Shown piece after piece: positions 30,801-41,089 of a DNA stretch of 64,000 nt. The notes below the pieces were generated by a model. The model searched no databases and was not told where the DNA came from. It was given only the letters and a program-made list of their open reading frames with translations. The position numbers were made by a program, and so were the translations under genes. The DNA comes from Paragordius varius. Taxonomy: Eukaryota > Animalia > Nematomorpha. The stretch spans positions 9,672,001 through 9,736,000 of the forward strand of contig OZ176055.1 of NCBI GenBank assembly GCA_964247055.1. Direction: 5' to 3'. The number at the start of each line of letters is the position of its first letter. Positions within the stretch are counted from its first letter, which is position 1.

Positions 30801-33800
30801 TTATAACCAACTTTAAAACTTATGAATATGATACACAACATAAACTAATAGTTGCTTTTTTAATAATAAATAAGAACCGACCTAGCCCTAAAAAATTGCC
30901 ACAACTTAACGTTTCAAAACTTAATGATCCTAAAACAAAGCATCAATACATCAACCAAATTACACCTGAACTAAAACATTCCCCTAACAACGTTCATGAC
31001 GGCTGGGAGCATCTCAAAAACACCCTTCTCTCAAACGTTTCCAAAATCTGCGGAAGAAAACGTACCAAAACAAAATCTCAATGGTGGTGGCAAAGCGATA
31101 TTAAACCCTTATTGAATGAGAAAAGAGATGCCTTTAAGAAATGGAAAGCTTCTAAACATGATGATGACAAACATTTTTACATAATGGTTAAAAAAAGAGT
31201 AAAGAAAATAATAGCTGACAAAATGAATGAAAGATGTTTGGAAATGGCCAAAAAACTTGAGGGAGAAATTAAAAACTTAAAAGTTTTTAAAACACTAAAA
31301 AATATTAATAATAATAAAAAAGATATTCGGGTAGTGAAGGCCATAAAAGATAAAAATAACAACACAGTTACTGACACTCTTAGCATTCAAAATGTATGGA
31401 CACAATACATGCAAAATACACTGAATTTCCAGCATTCAAATGTCGAGATCCCAAACTTACCTCCAGTTATTGGGCCACCCCCAATTATTACTGCAGAAGA
31501 TGTGAGCTTAGCCATGCAAAAATGTAAAATCAATAAGGCATCTGGTCCAACGGAAATTAAAACTGAAATGTACAAAAATATTCCTGAAGCAATTACCTAT
31601 TTCACAGAGCTATTTAATCTGATTATAATGGAGGAAAAAATCCCGAACGACTGGAACCAAAGTGTCATAATTCCAATATATAAAAACAAAGGCGACATGC
31701 TCAACTGCGCCTCCTACAGACCATTAAAATTACTTGAACACGCAACCAAATTATTCGAAATAATTATAGAAAAGAAAATACGTCAGCTTTGCTCGATTGA
31801 CGAAAACCAATTCGATTTCCAACAGGGGATCAGCACCTCTGACGCCATATTCATTCTTAGAAGGCTACAAGAGAACTACAGATGCAAAAACAAAACCCTA
31901 TATCACATCTTTATTGATTTAAGCCGTGCATTCGACTGCATCCCGCGGTCCATGATCACATTTGCGTTACGAAAAAAAGAAATTTCGGAATGGATAATAA
32001 GAATAATAAACTTACTATATGAGAACACCACTAGTTGTGTGAGAACTCCCGTGGGTGATACCAATCAATTTCCAGTAACTGTCGGACTACACCAGGGCTC
32101 CATCCTGAGTCCATTACTATTTATCATCATTATGGATGTAATAACTGATAATATAAAAACAGGTTTACCTTTTGAGATGATGTACGCTGACGACATAATA
32201 CTAACAGCCACCAGCGAAACAGACATTATCAATAAATATAACCTCTGGAAATCTACTTTAGAAAAATTTGGCCTCAAAATTAACACAGATAAAACAAAGG
32301 CTTTAATAACAGGCTCACCGGTACCTGTAATAAAATTCCCTTGCTCCATTTGTCGCTCTGAAGTGAAACTTAATTCCATCAAATGCACTAAATGCCAGCT
32401 GTGGGTCCATAAAAAGTGCTTACAAATTAAAGGAAGTTTATTGGGAATTGAAAATTTTATATGTAAAGCTTGTGCAACACCAGATATAAACCCAAATAAT
32501 CCCACACAAACCACCTACCTTCCAACTACAAACATCGAAATAGTAAACAAGTACAATTACCTGGGTGACACAATAGCAGCTGATATGAATATTAAAAACG
32601 CCATAACAACACGGTCACATCAGGCTTGGGCCAAATTTTATCAACTCAAGTATATAATGAAACACAAACACATTTCAAACCCAAACAAGGGCAAAATCTA
32701 CACGATTGCCATTCGCCCTGCCCTCACCTATGCTAGCGAATGTTGGCCCTTAAACCAAACTAATGAAAATAAATTATGTGACATAGAAAGAAAAATCCTC
32801 AACTCATGCCTCACCAATCAGTATCACAATGATAAAACAAATAATAATAAAAGCATACATAATCTATTTCATATCGCACCTATGTCTTCTTTTCTCAGAG
32901 CAAATCGTCTCAGATACTGGGGTCACATTGAACGCTCAAATAGTTGGATTAACAAAATTAGATCCTTTCATCCGAACGGCAATTTAAAACGAGGCAGACC
33001 ATACCATGATTGGGAAAAAACACTCAGCAATGACTTACACTTAACTCAACTGAACAAAGACGATTGTCTCGATCGCAAGCTATTTCGCTCAAGAATTTGG
33101 AAGCTAGCACATGCTGGACAAACAACGACTTGATGATGATTGATGATGATGAGAAAATGTTGAAATAATTCTAACCAATAAGGTTATTACCTACTCCGGC
33201 CCTTGGCAACCTCAAAAATACGCAGCGTTTTATCAAAACTGCCAGTTACAAATTCCGTTCCACACGGGGAATAATCAATGTCCAGCACGGCGCCTGTATG
33301 GTCAGCATGAATAAACTTTGGTCGATTCATAAACCGAGTATCAAACGTGTAAGCATTGTAATCTTCATTGGCAAGCGTTAACGTATAACTTTCTACCGGG
33401 TTCCAAGCCAGCGCATTAGTTCGCATTTTAAGTGTTAACTAGGAATTAGGAATTATTATTCAAGCAGAGTAAAAATTAATTCACCCTTGAACAATTCAAA
33501 TTCTCCCTTGAACAATTTAAATGCACCCTTGAACAATTCAAATTCAGCCTTGAACAATTCAAATTCAGCCTTGAACAATTCAAGTTCACCCTTGAACAAT
33601 TTAAATTCACCCATGAACAATTCACCCATGAACAATTCACCCATGAACAATTCACCCTTGAACGATTCAAATTCACCCATGAACAATTCACCCTTGAACG
33701 ATTTAAATTCACCCATGAACAATTCACATTCTCCCTTTCAAATTTACCCATAAATTCACCCTTGAACAATTATGAACAATTCACATTCTCCCTACAATAT

Positions 33801-36350
33801 AAATTCACCCTTGAACAATTCAACATGAACAATTCACATTCTCCCTTAAACAATATAAATTGACCCTTGAACAATTAAAAATTACCCTTAAATTCACCCT
33901 TTACAATTTAATTTCACCCTCGAACATTCATAATACCCTTAAACATTTCAAAATCACCCTTGAACAATTCAAATTTACCCTTGAACAATTCAAATTTACC
34001 CTCAAATTCACCTTTGAATTTGAACATCAAATTTACCCTTGAACAATTCAAATTCACCCTTAAACAATTTAAATTCATCCTCGAACAATTCCAATTCACC
34101 CTTGAACAATTCAAGTTCACCCTTTAACAATTCAAATTCACCCACGGAACAATTTAAATTTACCCTTGATTCGATTCACACTCGAACAACTCAAATTCAC
34201 ACTCAACAACTCAAATTTACCCTTGAACAATTCAAATTCACCCTCTAATAATTCAAATTCACCCTAAAAATACATTGTTGTGTTCGGACTAATATAACTA
34301 ATCAACCATCTGTAATATATCATATGGCATAGTTTATTATTTTTTTTAGTATTATTTTAATTTTAAACAAAATTTCATTTTGGTAAAAATATAAAAAATA
34401 TAGGTAAATTTTAATCCTAAAAAACCCATAATTTATTTTAAGGGTGAATTTGATTTGTAAATGGTATATAAAGAAAAAAGTATAGTATTTTAAAGGAAAT
34501 ATTATTTCTTTTTTTATAAGTATTATAGAATTCACTGTGATTCGTATTTTGCAGCCCAAATTTAGAAGAAGACTCAAAATTTTTGTGGTCCTTTTTGTTT
34601 CAAACTATTTAAAACTAAAATGAAATATTGGAGAAAATAAAAGTACAATAAATGTATTAAATGGTATTATTTCGTAATAAAATTTATACAACTATAAAGA
34701 ATTTTGGATATTACTAAATAAAATGCATAAAAAGTAAAAAAAAGTTTGTTTTACCCTTTTTTTAAAAGCTGGATTATTATCGTTTGTAAAATATATAATT
34801 AAAGATTTTATCAATTAAATTCATCCTCCTTTGCAACTTGGTTAAAAATATGATTTTCTTTATAAAAAATATTAGACTTTTAGTTTTAAATTTTGCCTTC
34901 ATAATTTCTTCAATTTTTAAAGTAAAAATAAAAATATGCAAATATAAAACTTACTTTTCTAATATGTGTAGGTTTTCGAATATCATAAAGTGCTACACTA
35001 CGGTCTGAGGCGGCCGATGCCAATATATCGTGCTAAAAATAATAATAAATTAATCTAAACTAACAAAAATCAATCCATTAAAATTTTTTATTGATTTTCC
35101 TAACACTTTCGTAAAATTTTAAATAAATTATTGGTTTTTTTTGATATGTCAATCTTACTTTCTGTTAAATAAAAACATTTTTTGCCTATTTTCTTGGATA
35201 TATAATAATAACAAGAATAACTTCAATTGGGTTAAATTTTATGGCGTTTGAGGTTTCGTTCGTTGAGAAATAAGATTTGATAGGTTCAGATCGATTCAAA
35301 TCCCACAAATTTATTTCATGTCCTGAGGTGGCGTATAAACCTTCACTGAAATGATGATCACATCCATGGATCATGCTCTATAAAACAGAACAGAAATATA
35401 AAATTAAAATTATAATAAGGACAACTCATAAAAAGAAAAAGATTTTTTTCGATAAAAGAAACCAAATTTTAATCATAATATTTATATATACAACCTATAT
35501 AATATTCTATAAATGAATTTAGAAGTATAAAAAAAACATTGGAAGGAACCGTCAATTATGAAATCGAGTGTGGATAATTAATTTAAATTTCCATTTATAG
35601 TTTTCACAATTTAAACGGATAAAGTTTTAAAAAATATATCTCTTTAGAAAAAATTTAATACTAAATCAAAATAAATTTTAATATTATAGCGGTATAGCTT
35701 TAAAGATAAATCCGTCATAATTAAATTTATATTTATTAAAGTTTTAACTACATTAGAAATATATTTTAATTTTTATGTTAAATCTAAAAATTTTTATTTT
35801 GGTTGTATATTAAATTTTAACGTAAATTATAGTGTTGGGACATAAATTAAAATAAACCTCATAAACAATTATATTGTGAGGTTTAAGATCTTTAACGTCA
35901 GCTAAACTTTGCATACTCCAAAACTTGATGGTTTTATCATCGCCACAGGAAATAAAATAGTTTGCAGATTGAGGTAAGGTAATACACCTTACAAAACCAT
36001 TATGAGCTTGGAGGGTTTGAAAAGAATCTTTGGTGTTAAGATTCCAAATACGAATTTCACCATCACATGATCCACTTAAGAACCAGGAAAGAACTGAGTG
36101 ATGACGATTCAAGCAGAAAACGCCATCACGATGACCGGAAAGTACACCTACTAAAGGTTTAGCAAAAACGCGTTCAAGTTTGATTGCATTTAGAGCTTGC
36201 GTATATTCACGTTCAGCTTCAAACGGGTGCAAATATTTGTCATAATTTCGGAAAACTTTATAAATTTAAAAAAAATATACTTTTATTAATATCCTTTTTC
36301 GTTTCACGAAGATAAACGTCAGGATTTCTGGACAAAACTTTAATTTTCAT
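27818..36350 (-). CDS. DCAF13: DDB1- and CUL4-associated factor 13 / SOF1 (WD40 U3 snoRNP protein), 8 exons
   Basis: Exons 36350-36281, 36255-35858, 35377-35222, 35032-34955, 33438-33191, 28865-28730, 28364-28201 and 27882-27818. MKIKVLSRNPDVYLRETK, LHPFEAEREYTQALNAIKLERVFAKP, MRTNALAWNP, GTEFVTGSFDKTLRIF, SGSDETNIRIWKARA and RIYRHRHIPK are characteristic of SOF1/DCAF13. Confidence 0.95.
29013..29284. mobile_element. MITE family A (Tc1/mariner-type, TA|CAGTAAAA...TTTTACTG|TA), best-preserved copy
   Basis: Imperfect TIRs of about 80 bp (CAGTAAAAATTGAAATTATACGGACAAAACGTAAAAATATAAAGACAAAT...AAAGACAACCATACTTTTT), TA flanks, 272 bp in total. Confidence 0.85.
29533..29594 (+). ncRNA. HDV-like self-cleaving ribozyme (predicted) at the LINE 5' end
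   Basis: P1 GGGAUGC (29533-39)/GCAUCCC (29567-73); P2 CCG-A-CUCCC (29545-53)/GGGAGCGG (29587-94); P3 ACC/GGG with one A-G mismatch; L3 UCCUCGC; P1.1 CC (29558-59)/GG (29574-75); J4/2 GCUAA with putative catalytic C29582. L3 and J4/2 are identical to those of the antigenomic HDV ribozyme. Confidence 0.85.
30002..33133 (+). CDS. LINE ORF: APE-type endonuclease + reverse transcriptase + PHD-like finger (1043 aa)
   Basis: Endonuclease motifs FGTWNV, ICCLQET, GVAI, IGGDFNGH and SQIDFVL. RT motifs IPIYKNKGD, YRPLKLL, FIDLSRAFD, GLHQGSILSPLLF, MYADDI and YNYLG. C4HC3 finger at 32342-32473. No stops or frameshifts. Alternative start at 30113. Confidence 0.96.
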   Translation: MFNSEIIMKKYYETLYYIFLYCIIIIIIFIIHLRKSEMLPEKKSFNIKNNNFKFGTWNVGTLVGKAWMIISAIKEQKLDICCLQETRFKNGGNYQHEGFTLYYEGGKSGKSGVAIAINDQIRDNIIDITRHNDRIIQMRVALNNTTLNILSIYTPQQGQNETTKQEFWNQLYQIAQNVPTNDILLIGGDFNGHIGMHADGYEGIHGGVGIGSRNKEGETLLEFCSAANLLICNTHFCKKPSQIHTYKSGNHTSQIDFVLLNQQLRKIITNFKTYEYDTQHKLIVAFLIINKNRPSPKKLPQLNVSKLNDPKTKHQYINQITPELKHSPNNVHDGWEHLKNTLLSNVSKICGRKRTKTKSQWWWQSDIKPLLNEKRDAFKKWKASKHDDDKHFYIMVKKRVKKIIADKMNERCLEMAKKLEGEIKNLKVFKTLKNINNNKKDIRVVKAIKDKNNNTVTDTLSIQNVWTQYMQNTLNFQHSNVEIPNLPPVIGPPPIITAEDVSLAMQKCKINKASGPTEIKTEMYKNIPEAITYFTELFNLIIMEEKIPNDWNQSVIIPIYKNKGDMLNCASYRPLKLLEHATKLFEIIIEKKIRQLCSIDENQFDFQQGISTSDAIFILRRLQENYRCKNKTLYHIFIDLSRAFDCIPRSMITFALRKKEISEWIIRIINLLYENTTSCVRTPVGDTNQFPVTVGLHQGSILSPLLFIIIMDVITDNIKTGLPFEMMYADDIILTATSETDIINKYNLWKSTLEKFGLKINTDKTKALITGSPVPVIKFPCSICRSEVKLNSIKCTKCQLWVHKKCLQIKGSLLGIENFICKACATPDINPNNPTQTTYLPTTNIEIVNKYNYLGDTIAADMNIKNAITTRSHQAWAKFYQLKYIMKHKHISNPNKGKIYTIAIRPALTYASECWPLNQTNENKLCDIERKILNSCLTNQYHNDKTNNNKSIHNLFHIAPMSSFLRANRLRYWGHIERSNSWINKIRSFHPNGNLKRGRPYHDWEKTLSNDLHLTQLNKDDCLDRKLFRSRIWKLAHAGQTTT
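33478..34464. repeat. Family B element with a greatly expanded left arm: about 790-bp minisatellite of 21/15-bp units, in DCAF13 intron 4
   Basis: Tandem CACCCTTGAACAATTCAAATT and CATGAACAATTCACC variants at 33478-34265, followed by the family B core and the right terminus AAATGG|TA at 34464. Confidence 0.9.
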
Positions 36351-36438
36351 CTCTCAAGTTTGCTTTTAATAAAAGCATGGGTGTAAATACATTTTTGTGT
36401 TAAACCACACTTGAATCGATAAAACGATATATTGAAGG
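36351..36438. promoter_or_regulatory. Putative bidirectional promoter DCAF13/ZMAT2 (88 bp between start codons)
   Basis: Divergent ATGs at 36350 (-) and 36439 (+). Contains the palindrome TGCTTTTA-A-TAAAAGCA (36361-36377). Confidence 0.7.
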
Positions 36439-37094
36439 ATGGCAGATCATCGCAGAAAATGGGATATCGGGGAGTTTGAAAAGAGAGCTTATGAAAGGAT
36501 GATATCTGAACAGGAACATGATGAAAATGATAAATCTCTTAAACCATTTCAAAGAGATTTATTAAGACCTCGGGATTACAAAGTATTTCCATTTCTTTTA
36601 TATCTTTTTCTAGATTAATATTGAAAACAGGATTGGTAAATCTATTATAGTTACTAAAACTACACCTGTAAGTAATTCTGGTGGATATTATTGTGAAGTT
36701 TGTGATTGCGTTGTCAAAGATTCCATAAACTTTCTTGATCATGTTAATGGCCGAAAACGTAGATATTTTTTATTTGTATATACATATAATTTATAAAAAA
36801 AATTTAATTATTAATATTGATTTAATTTTTTGACATATATAAAATAAAGAATATTAAAATATTTTAAAATAAAATTTTATTTCATTTAATTTGGTTTACT
36901 AGATATTAAAAATTTGGGAATGTCCATGAAAATTGAACGTTCCTCCCTTCAACAAGTTAAAGATCGAATTAAAAAACATGTCAGCAAAACCTCAGCTTCA
37001 GACACCAAAGGTGACGATTACGATTTTGAAAAACGTATGAAAGAATTGCAACAAGAGGTCAGCTTTTTATAATTAAAAAATCGGCAATGTGGTT

Positions 37095-37125
<31 letters not shown>

Positions 37126-38393
37126 GTTTTAAAAACAAAGACGAGTGTTGGGTCTGTTCGCAAATATTACGCCTTTTAAATACAGTTAAAAATTTGATCG
37201 ATATAATTATTAGAATCTAAATAGTTTAGATTTTATATTTTACTAAAAATTTCAAATTGTATTTTTTATTTAATTATGTTTATGTTTGCATATACCATTT
37301 AATTCAAATTTTCCCTCGAACAATTCAAATTCACCCTTGAACAATTTAAATTCACCCTAAAAATAAATTATGTGTTTTTGGGCTAATATATCATTAATAT
37401 AAAATATATTCTTATAGCATAGTTTATTTTTTCAGCATTATATTAATTATAAACACTTATTTTTAAAAAAATATAGGTAAATTTTAATTTTAAGAAAAAC
37501 ACATAATTTTTAGGGTAAATTTGAACTGAAAATGGTACATTTTATCCAAATTTTTTAATTGCGCTTGTTGCCAAAAAATAATATTGAATAAGCAATACGA
37601 GTTTTTTAATCCCCTATGAACATAGCGATGTATAATATATGGAATATTTTGTGAATATAAAATTTTTTCTCACTGTCATAGTTAAATTTAAAAATGTAAT
37701 GGTTTTTAATTTGTTTTCCGGAAATTTTTGAAATTATTCTACAAATTCAACCCTAACTATCTATTTTGTTTTCCATATGTGCCTTTTAATTTTATATAAA
37801 AACCTAAATTTTGCTTTTCATAGTGAAAAACGTATACTATCTAAAAATGGCATCATGCCAAAATTATTAAAATTTGAAAAACAATAATTGTTTAAATTTA
37901 TACCTAAAATTTCCATATCAATGCAGAGGTTTTCTATCACTATAACTTTAAAAAGTTATTATATTGCTTGTTATTTTGTCAAACTGTCACATTATATTTT
38001 TAATTAGGAATCAGCCCTAACTTTTTACATACACATCAGTTAAAATGGTGATGGTAGACGAGTGAATTTACGAGTTATAAAACTTTATCCTTTTAAATTT
38101 ATTTGTCTCTAATTAGGATTTTCAATTTCATCGCACTATTTTACATACTAAAGGTTTCAATATTGTTTTTAAAGCTTATTAATCATAATTTCAGACTTAT
38201 ATAGTTTTATATATATTATATCTAGGAGGAACGTGAAAGGCAACGTAAAAAGGAAAGGCAAAAAGCCAAAAAATTGAAACATTCTTCAGAAAATAATGTT
38301 GATTCATGCTCTGATGTTGGAACAGACCCACAAGATCTCCATAACATTGCTTCTGTCATGGGTTTTGGCAGTTTTAGCTCTACAAAAAAATGA
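36439..38393 (+). CDS. ZMAT2: Zinc finger matrin-type 2 (Snu23, tri-snRNP/B-complex protein), 4 exons
   Basis: Exons 36439-36582, 36614-36758, 36903-37057 and 38226-38393 give MADHRRKWD...[19 protein letters not shown]...[46 protein letters not shown]...[13 protein letters not shown]...[12 protein letters not shown]. Confidence 0.93.
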
Positions 38394-39124
38394 AATGACT
38401 TATAAAGCAATTAAATAAATTATTTATTTTGTATGTAAGTTAGTGTAATACTAATAGTTGTAGCTACAATTTGATTTAAGAATAATTTAACATGCGCTCA
38501 TTTAAATGTCAGACTGATAACTTTAGTGAGTAAGCTTCTTCTAAATTTAATATTATTCCAAACTATTGCCTAGATAATATCCTCCTGGAAAATATGAAAT
38601 CTAAGTTAAATAGATTGTGTACACTTATTTGAATACTCAGTTGATTGTAACATCTCAGTTGTTGGATTAGGAGCCTTTTGTTATTATTGTATTCATTCTG
38701 AATAACTTGTTAAAGTAAAAAATTAAAACAATTTAAAAACAGAATGTATTACTAATTTAATTAATTAGAAATTTTCATTAAAATATTCACCTTTGAAATA
38801 AAAAACTAAAATTATACATATAAAGTTAATAAATCTGCCCTCTTTCTAATTATTTTACTTTAATTTATAATGTTATATTGATTGAAATACTGTATCTTAA
38901 CTTTGTCTATTAATAAATTAGGCAGTTAATATAATTTAACAAACGTTATAATCAAAAGTGTTATAGTGAATGTGTGTTTAAATGATTAACACCTATTTAT
39001 TTTCAAAGTTTTTTATAGTTAAAAAGATATATTATGTTTTAAAGATTTTCAACAATCAACCATACTTTTTTAACAATCAAATAATTTTTGCGACGTAATT
39101 CCATAAGTTAAAATACTAATTTAA

Positions 39125-40710
39125 CAGTCCAATACCTTTTGGGGTACTTTCATATCCCAGAGCCATTTATAAATTTATCTTTAAAGGTATATAAGGTAGG
39201 TATTAATAAGAATTTAAAATATTCCTTTAATTTTTAGGAACATTATATAAATTTTTTTAAAAAAAATGTAAAATCATCATTTCAAACTTTTTTGCCGCCA
39301 TTTTTTGCTATATATTTTTTTAAATGGCCAATGCAACAGGCAAATAAATGTATTTTGTGTCAATAATTTACTATTATTGTAGCAAAGATCGTTGTCGATT
39401 TATTGCTTTTTCGAAGGTGTATTTCTCCAGTTTATTCGATTGTAAGTGAGTGATGTTAACTGTTGCAAAGAGTGATTAGTTTCTTTGGTTAGGTTTTCGA
39501 TCCAGCGCATCTTGCAGCGTCCACGTTTCCTGGATCCTTCGACCTTACCTGACATTGGTTGAAATTCCAAGTCATTAGCTCTGGTAATGTGACCAAAGTA
39601 TGTTAATTTCATTTTGAGGCACATACCGATCAGGTGTATCTCGGGTTTATTTTGTCAAAGATTACAGTGTTTTTTATTTTGTCTTTCCAAGTGATTCGAA
39701 GTATCTTCCGCCAGCACCAGATTTCGAAGGCGTTAATGTATTTTTCGTCTACCTTTTTTATTGTCCAGCTTTCTGATGCGTATAGCATGCTAGGAAATAT
39801 TAGGGCTTTAACTAAACGGATTTTTGTTTTAAGTTTGATGTCGTATGATGACCATAGTTTGTTATATTTTATCATTTTTGTCTTAGCAATTCCTATTCTT
39901 CTTTTGATGTCTGGGGTGCTGTTGTTTGTTGTATTTATAAGACTGCCTAGGTATGTGTTGGGACACTACTTCTATTTGTTGGTTGTGAAAAGATAAGTTG
40001 TTATAGTGGTTATGAGCGTTTATAATCATGATTTTAGTTTTTTTAAAGTTGATCGTCAATCCAAATTTTTGACATTCGTTTGTGAATTCAGGGAGTTTTT
40101 TCAGGTTGTCCACTGAGTTTGACAGCAGTATAGTGTCATCAGCATAGTGAAGTGATGATATAATATTGGCGGCAATGCTTATACCATTAGTTTTATCTAT
40201 GTTCCGTAATACGCTTTCTATGCAGACATTAAAAAGAGTGGGTGAAAGGACACATCCTTGTCTTAAACCATTGTTCATTTGTACCCAATTACTTGTATGT
40301 GGAGTTTTTATGTTTAGTGATGAATTGGAATAGGATTTTATGATGTTTAAAATTTATCAATATTATTCCTTGAAAAAGATAATACTATGTATCGAAAATT
40401 TTGGATATATTTCAATTTTATAAATTTCACCAGAATCCAATTTTTAATTTAACATTAAATATCGTTTTCGTTGACAATATTAAATGTATTATATGGTTAG
40501 AAAAAATGTATACTGCTGTTCGTTTTAATCGTGTTTTGTGTCCCAATCTTAGACTCTAGAACTCACAAAACTAAAAAACATACACTTTTTTATGTAATAC
40601 ATGAGAAAAATGTTTGATAATTAATTATAACAAAAATAACATTCATTACAGTAGTTCATTTGCGAAATTGAGCTCTGGGATATAAAACTACCCCAAAACG
40701 TAAACTGGGA
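39125..40710. mobile_element. MITE family C copy hosting the RTE fragment
   Basis: Inverted arms TTTTGGGGTACTTTCATATCCCAGAGC (about 39137-39163) and GCTCTGGGATATAAAACTACCCCAAAA (about 40672-40698). The interior is similar to 3950-4290; smaller relatives lie at 18913-19205 and about 3850-4290. Confidence 0.6.
39400..40320 (-). mobile_element. 5'-truncated, decayed RTE/BovB-like LINE fragment (RT C-terminal half)
   Basis: GLRQGCVLSPTLFN, LHYADD, FGLTINFKKTK, YLGS, MLYASESWT, AFEIWCWRKILRITW, YFGHITR and GSRKRGRCKMRW, spread over frameshifted ORFs with a premature stop. A different family from the 29.5-kb element. Confidence 0.9.
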
Positions 40711-41089
40711 CAAACAAGTTAAAATGTAATGAAGTTGTAGTATTCTCAACTCTCTAATAATTGAAATTTTATAATTCCGTCTAATTTTAATCATTAAGAT
40801 TCATAATATATTACTACATTTTATTATATTATATAGATTTTTTAAGAAGACAAGCTTTCAGAATAAATTGTATATGTTATACTCTATTCCTTACTTCTAC
40901 ACCCAAAAAACGATGGTTTTATTATATAATTTTAATGATATCGGCAATCAACCATTCTTTTTCAACATTGTCTGGCTGGACAATCTTTAGTAAATAACCA
41001 CAGTTGTGGATATCTGCAAGCTAGTGAGAGGATAGTGTGTTCAAAAAAAATCAATTTAACGATTGAATGCACAATCGTCTATTATTAAT

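Larger units (their letters stand above)
29533..33151 (+). mobile_element. Full-length RTE-type non-LTR retrotransposon in DCAF13 intron 5 (antisense to host)
   Basis: Bounded by an exact 16-bp direct repeat AGAAAATGTTGAAATA (29517-29532 and 33152-33167). Has a GC-richer 5' UTR, one long ORF, and a (TGA)n tail starting at the stop codon, as is typical of RTE-clade 3' ends. Confidence 0.95.

Noticed and set aside
33456-34248. ORFs with NNSNSPL / KGEFELF repeats on both strands
   Set aside because: These are translations of the 21/15-bp minisatellite, whose unit lengths are multiples of 3. They lie in a DCAF13 intron and recur at every family B element.
33478-34265. CRISPR-like appearance of the repeat array
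   Set aside because: The units are directly adjacent with no unique spacers, there are no cas genes, and the context is eukaryotic.
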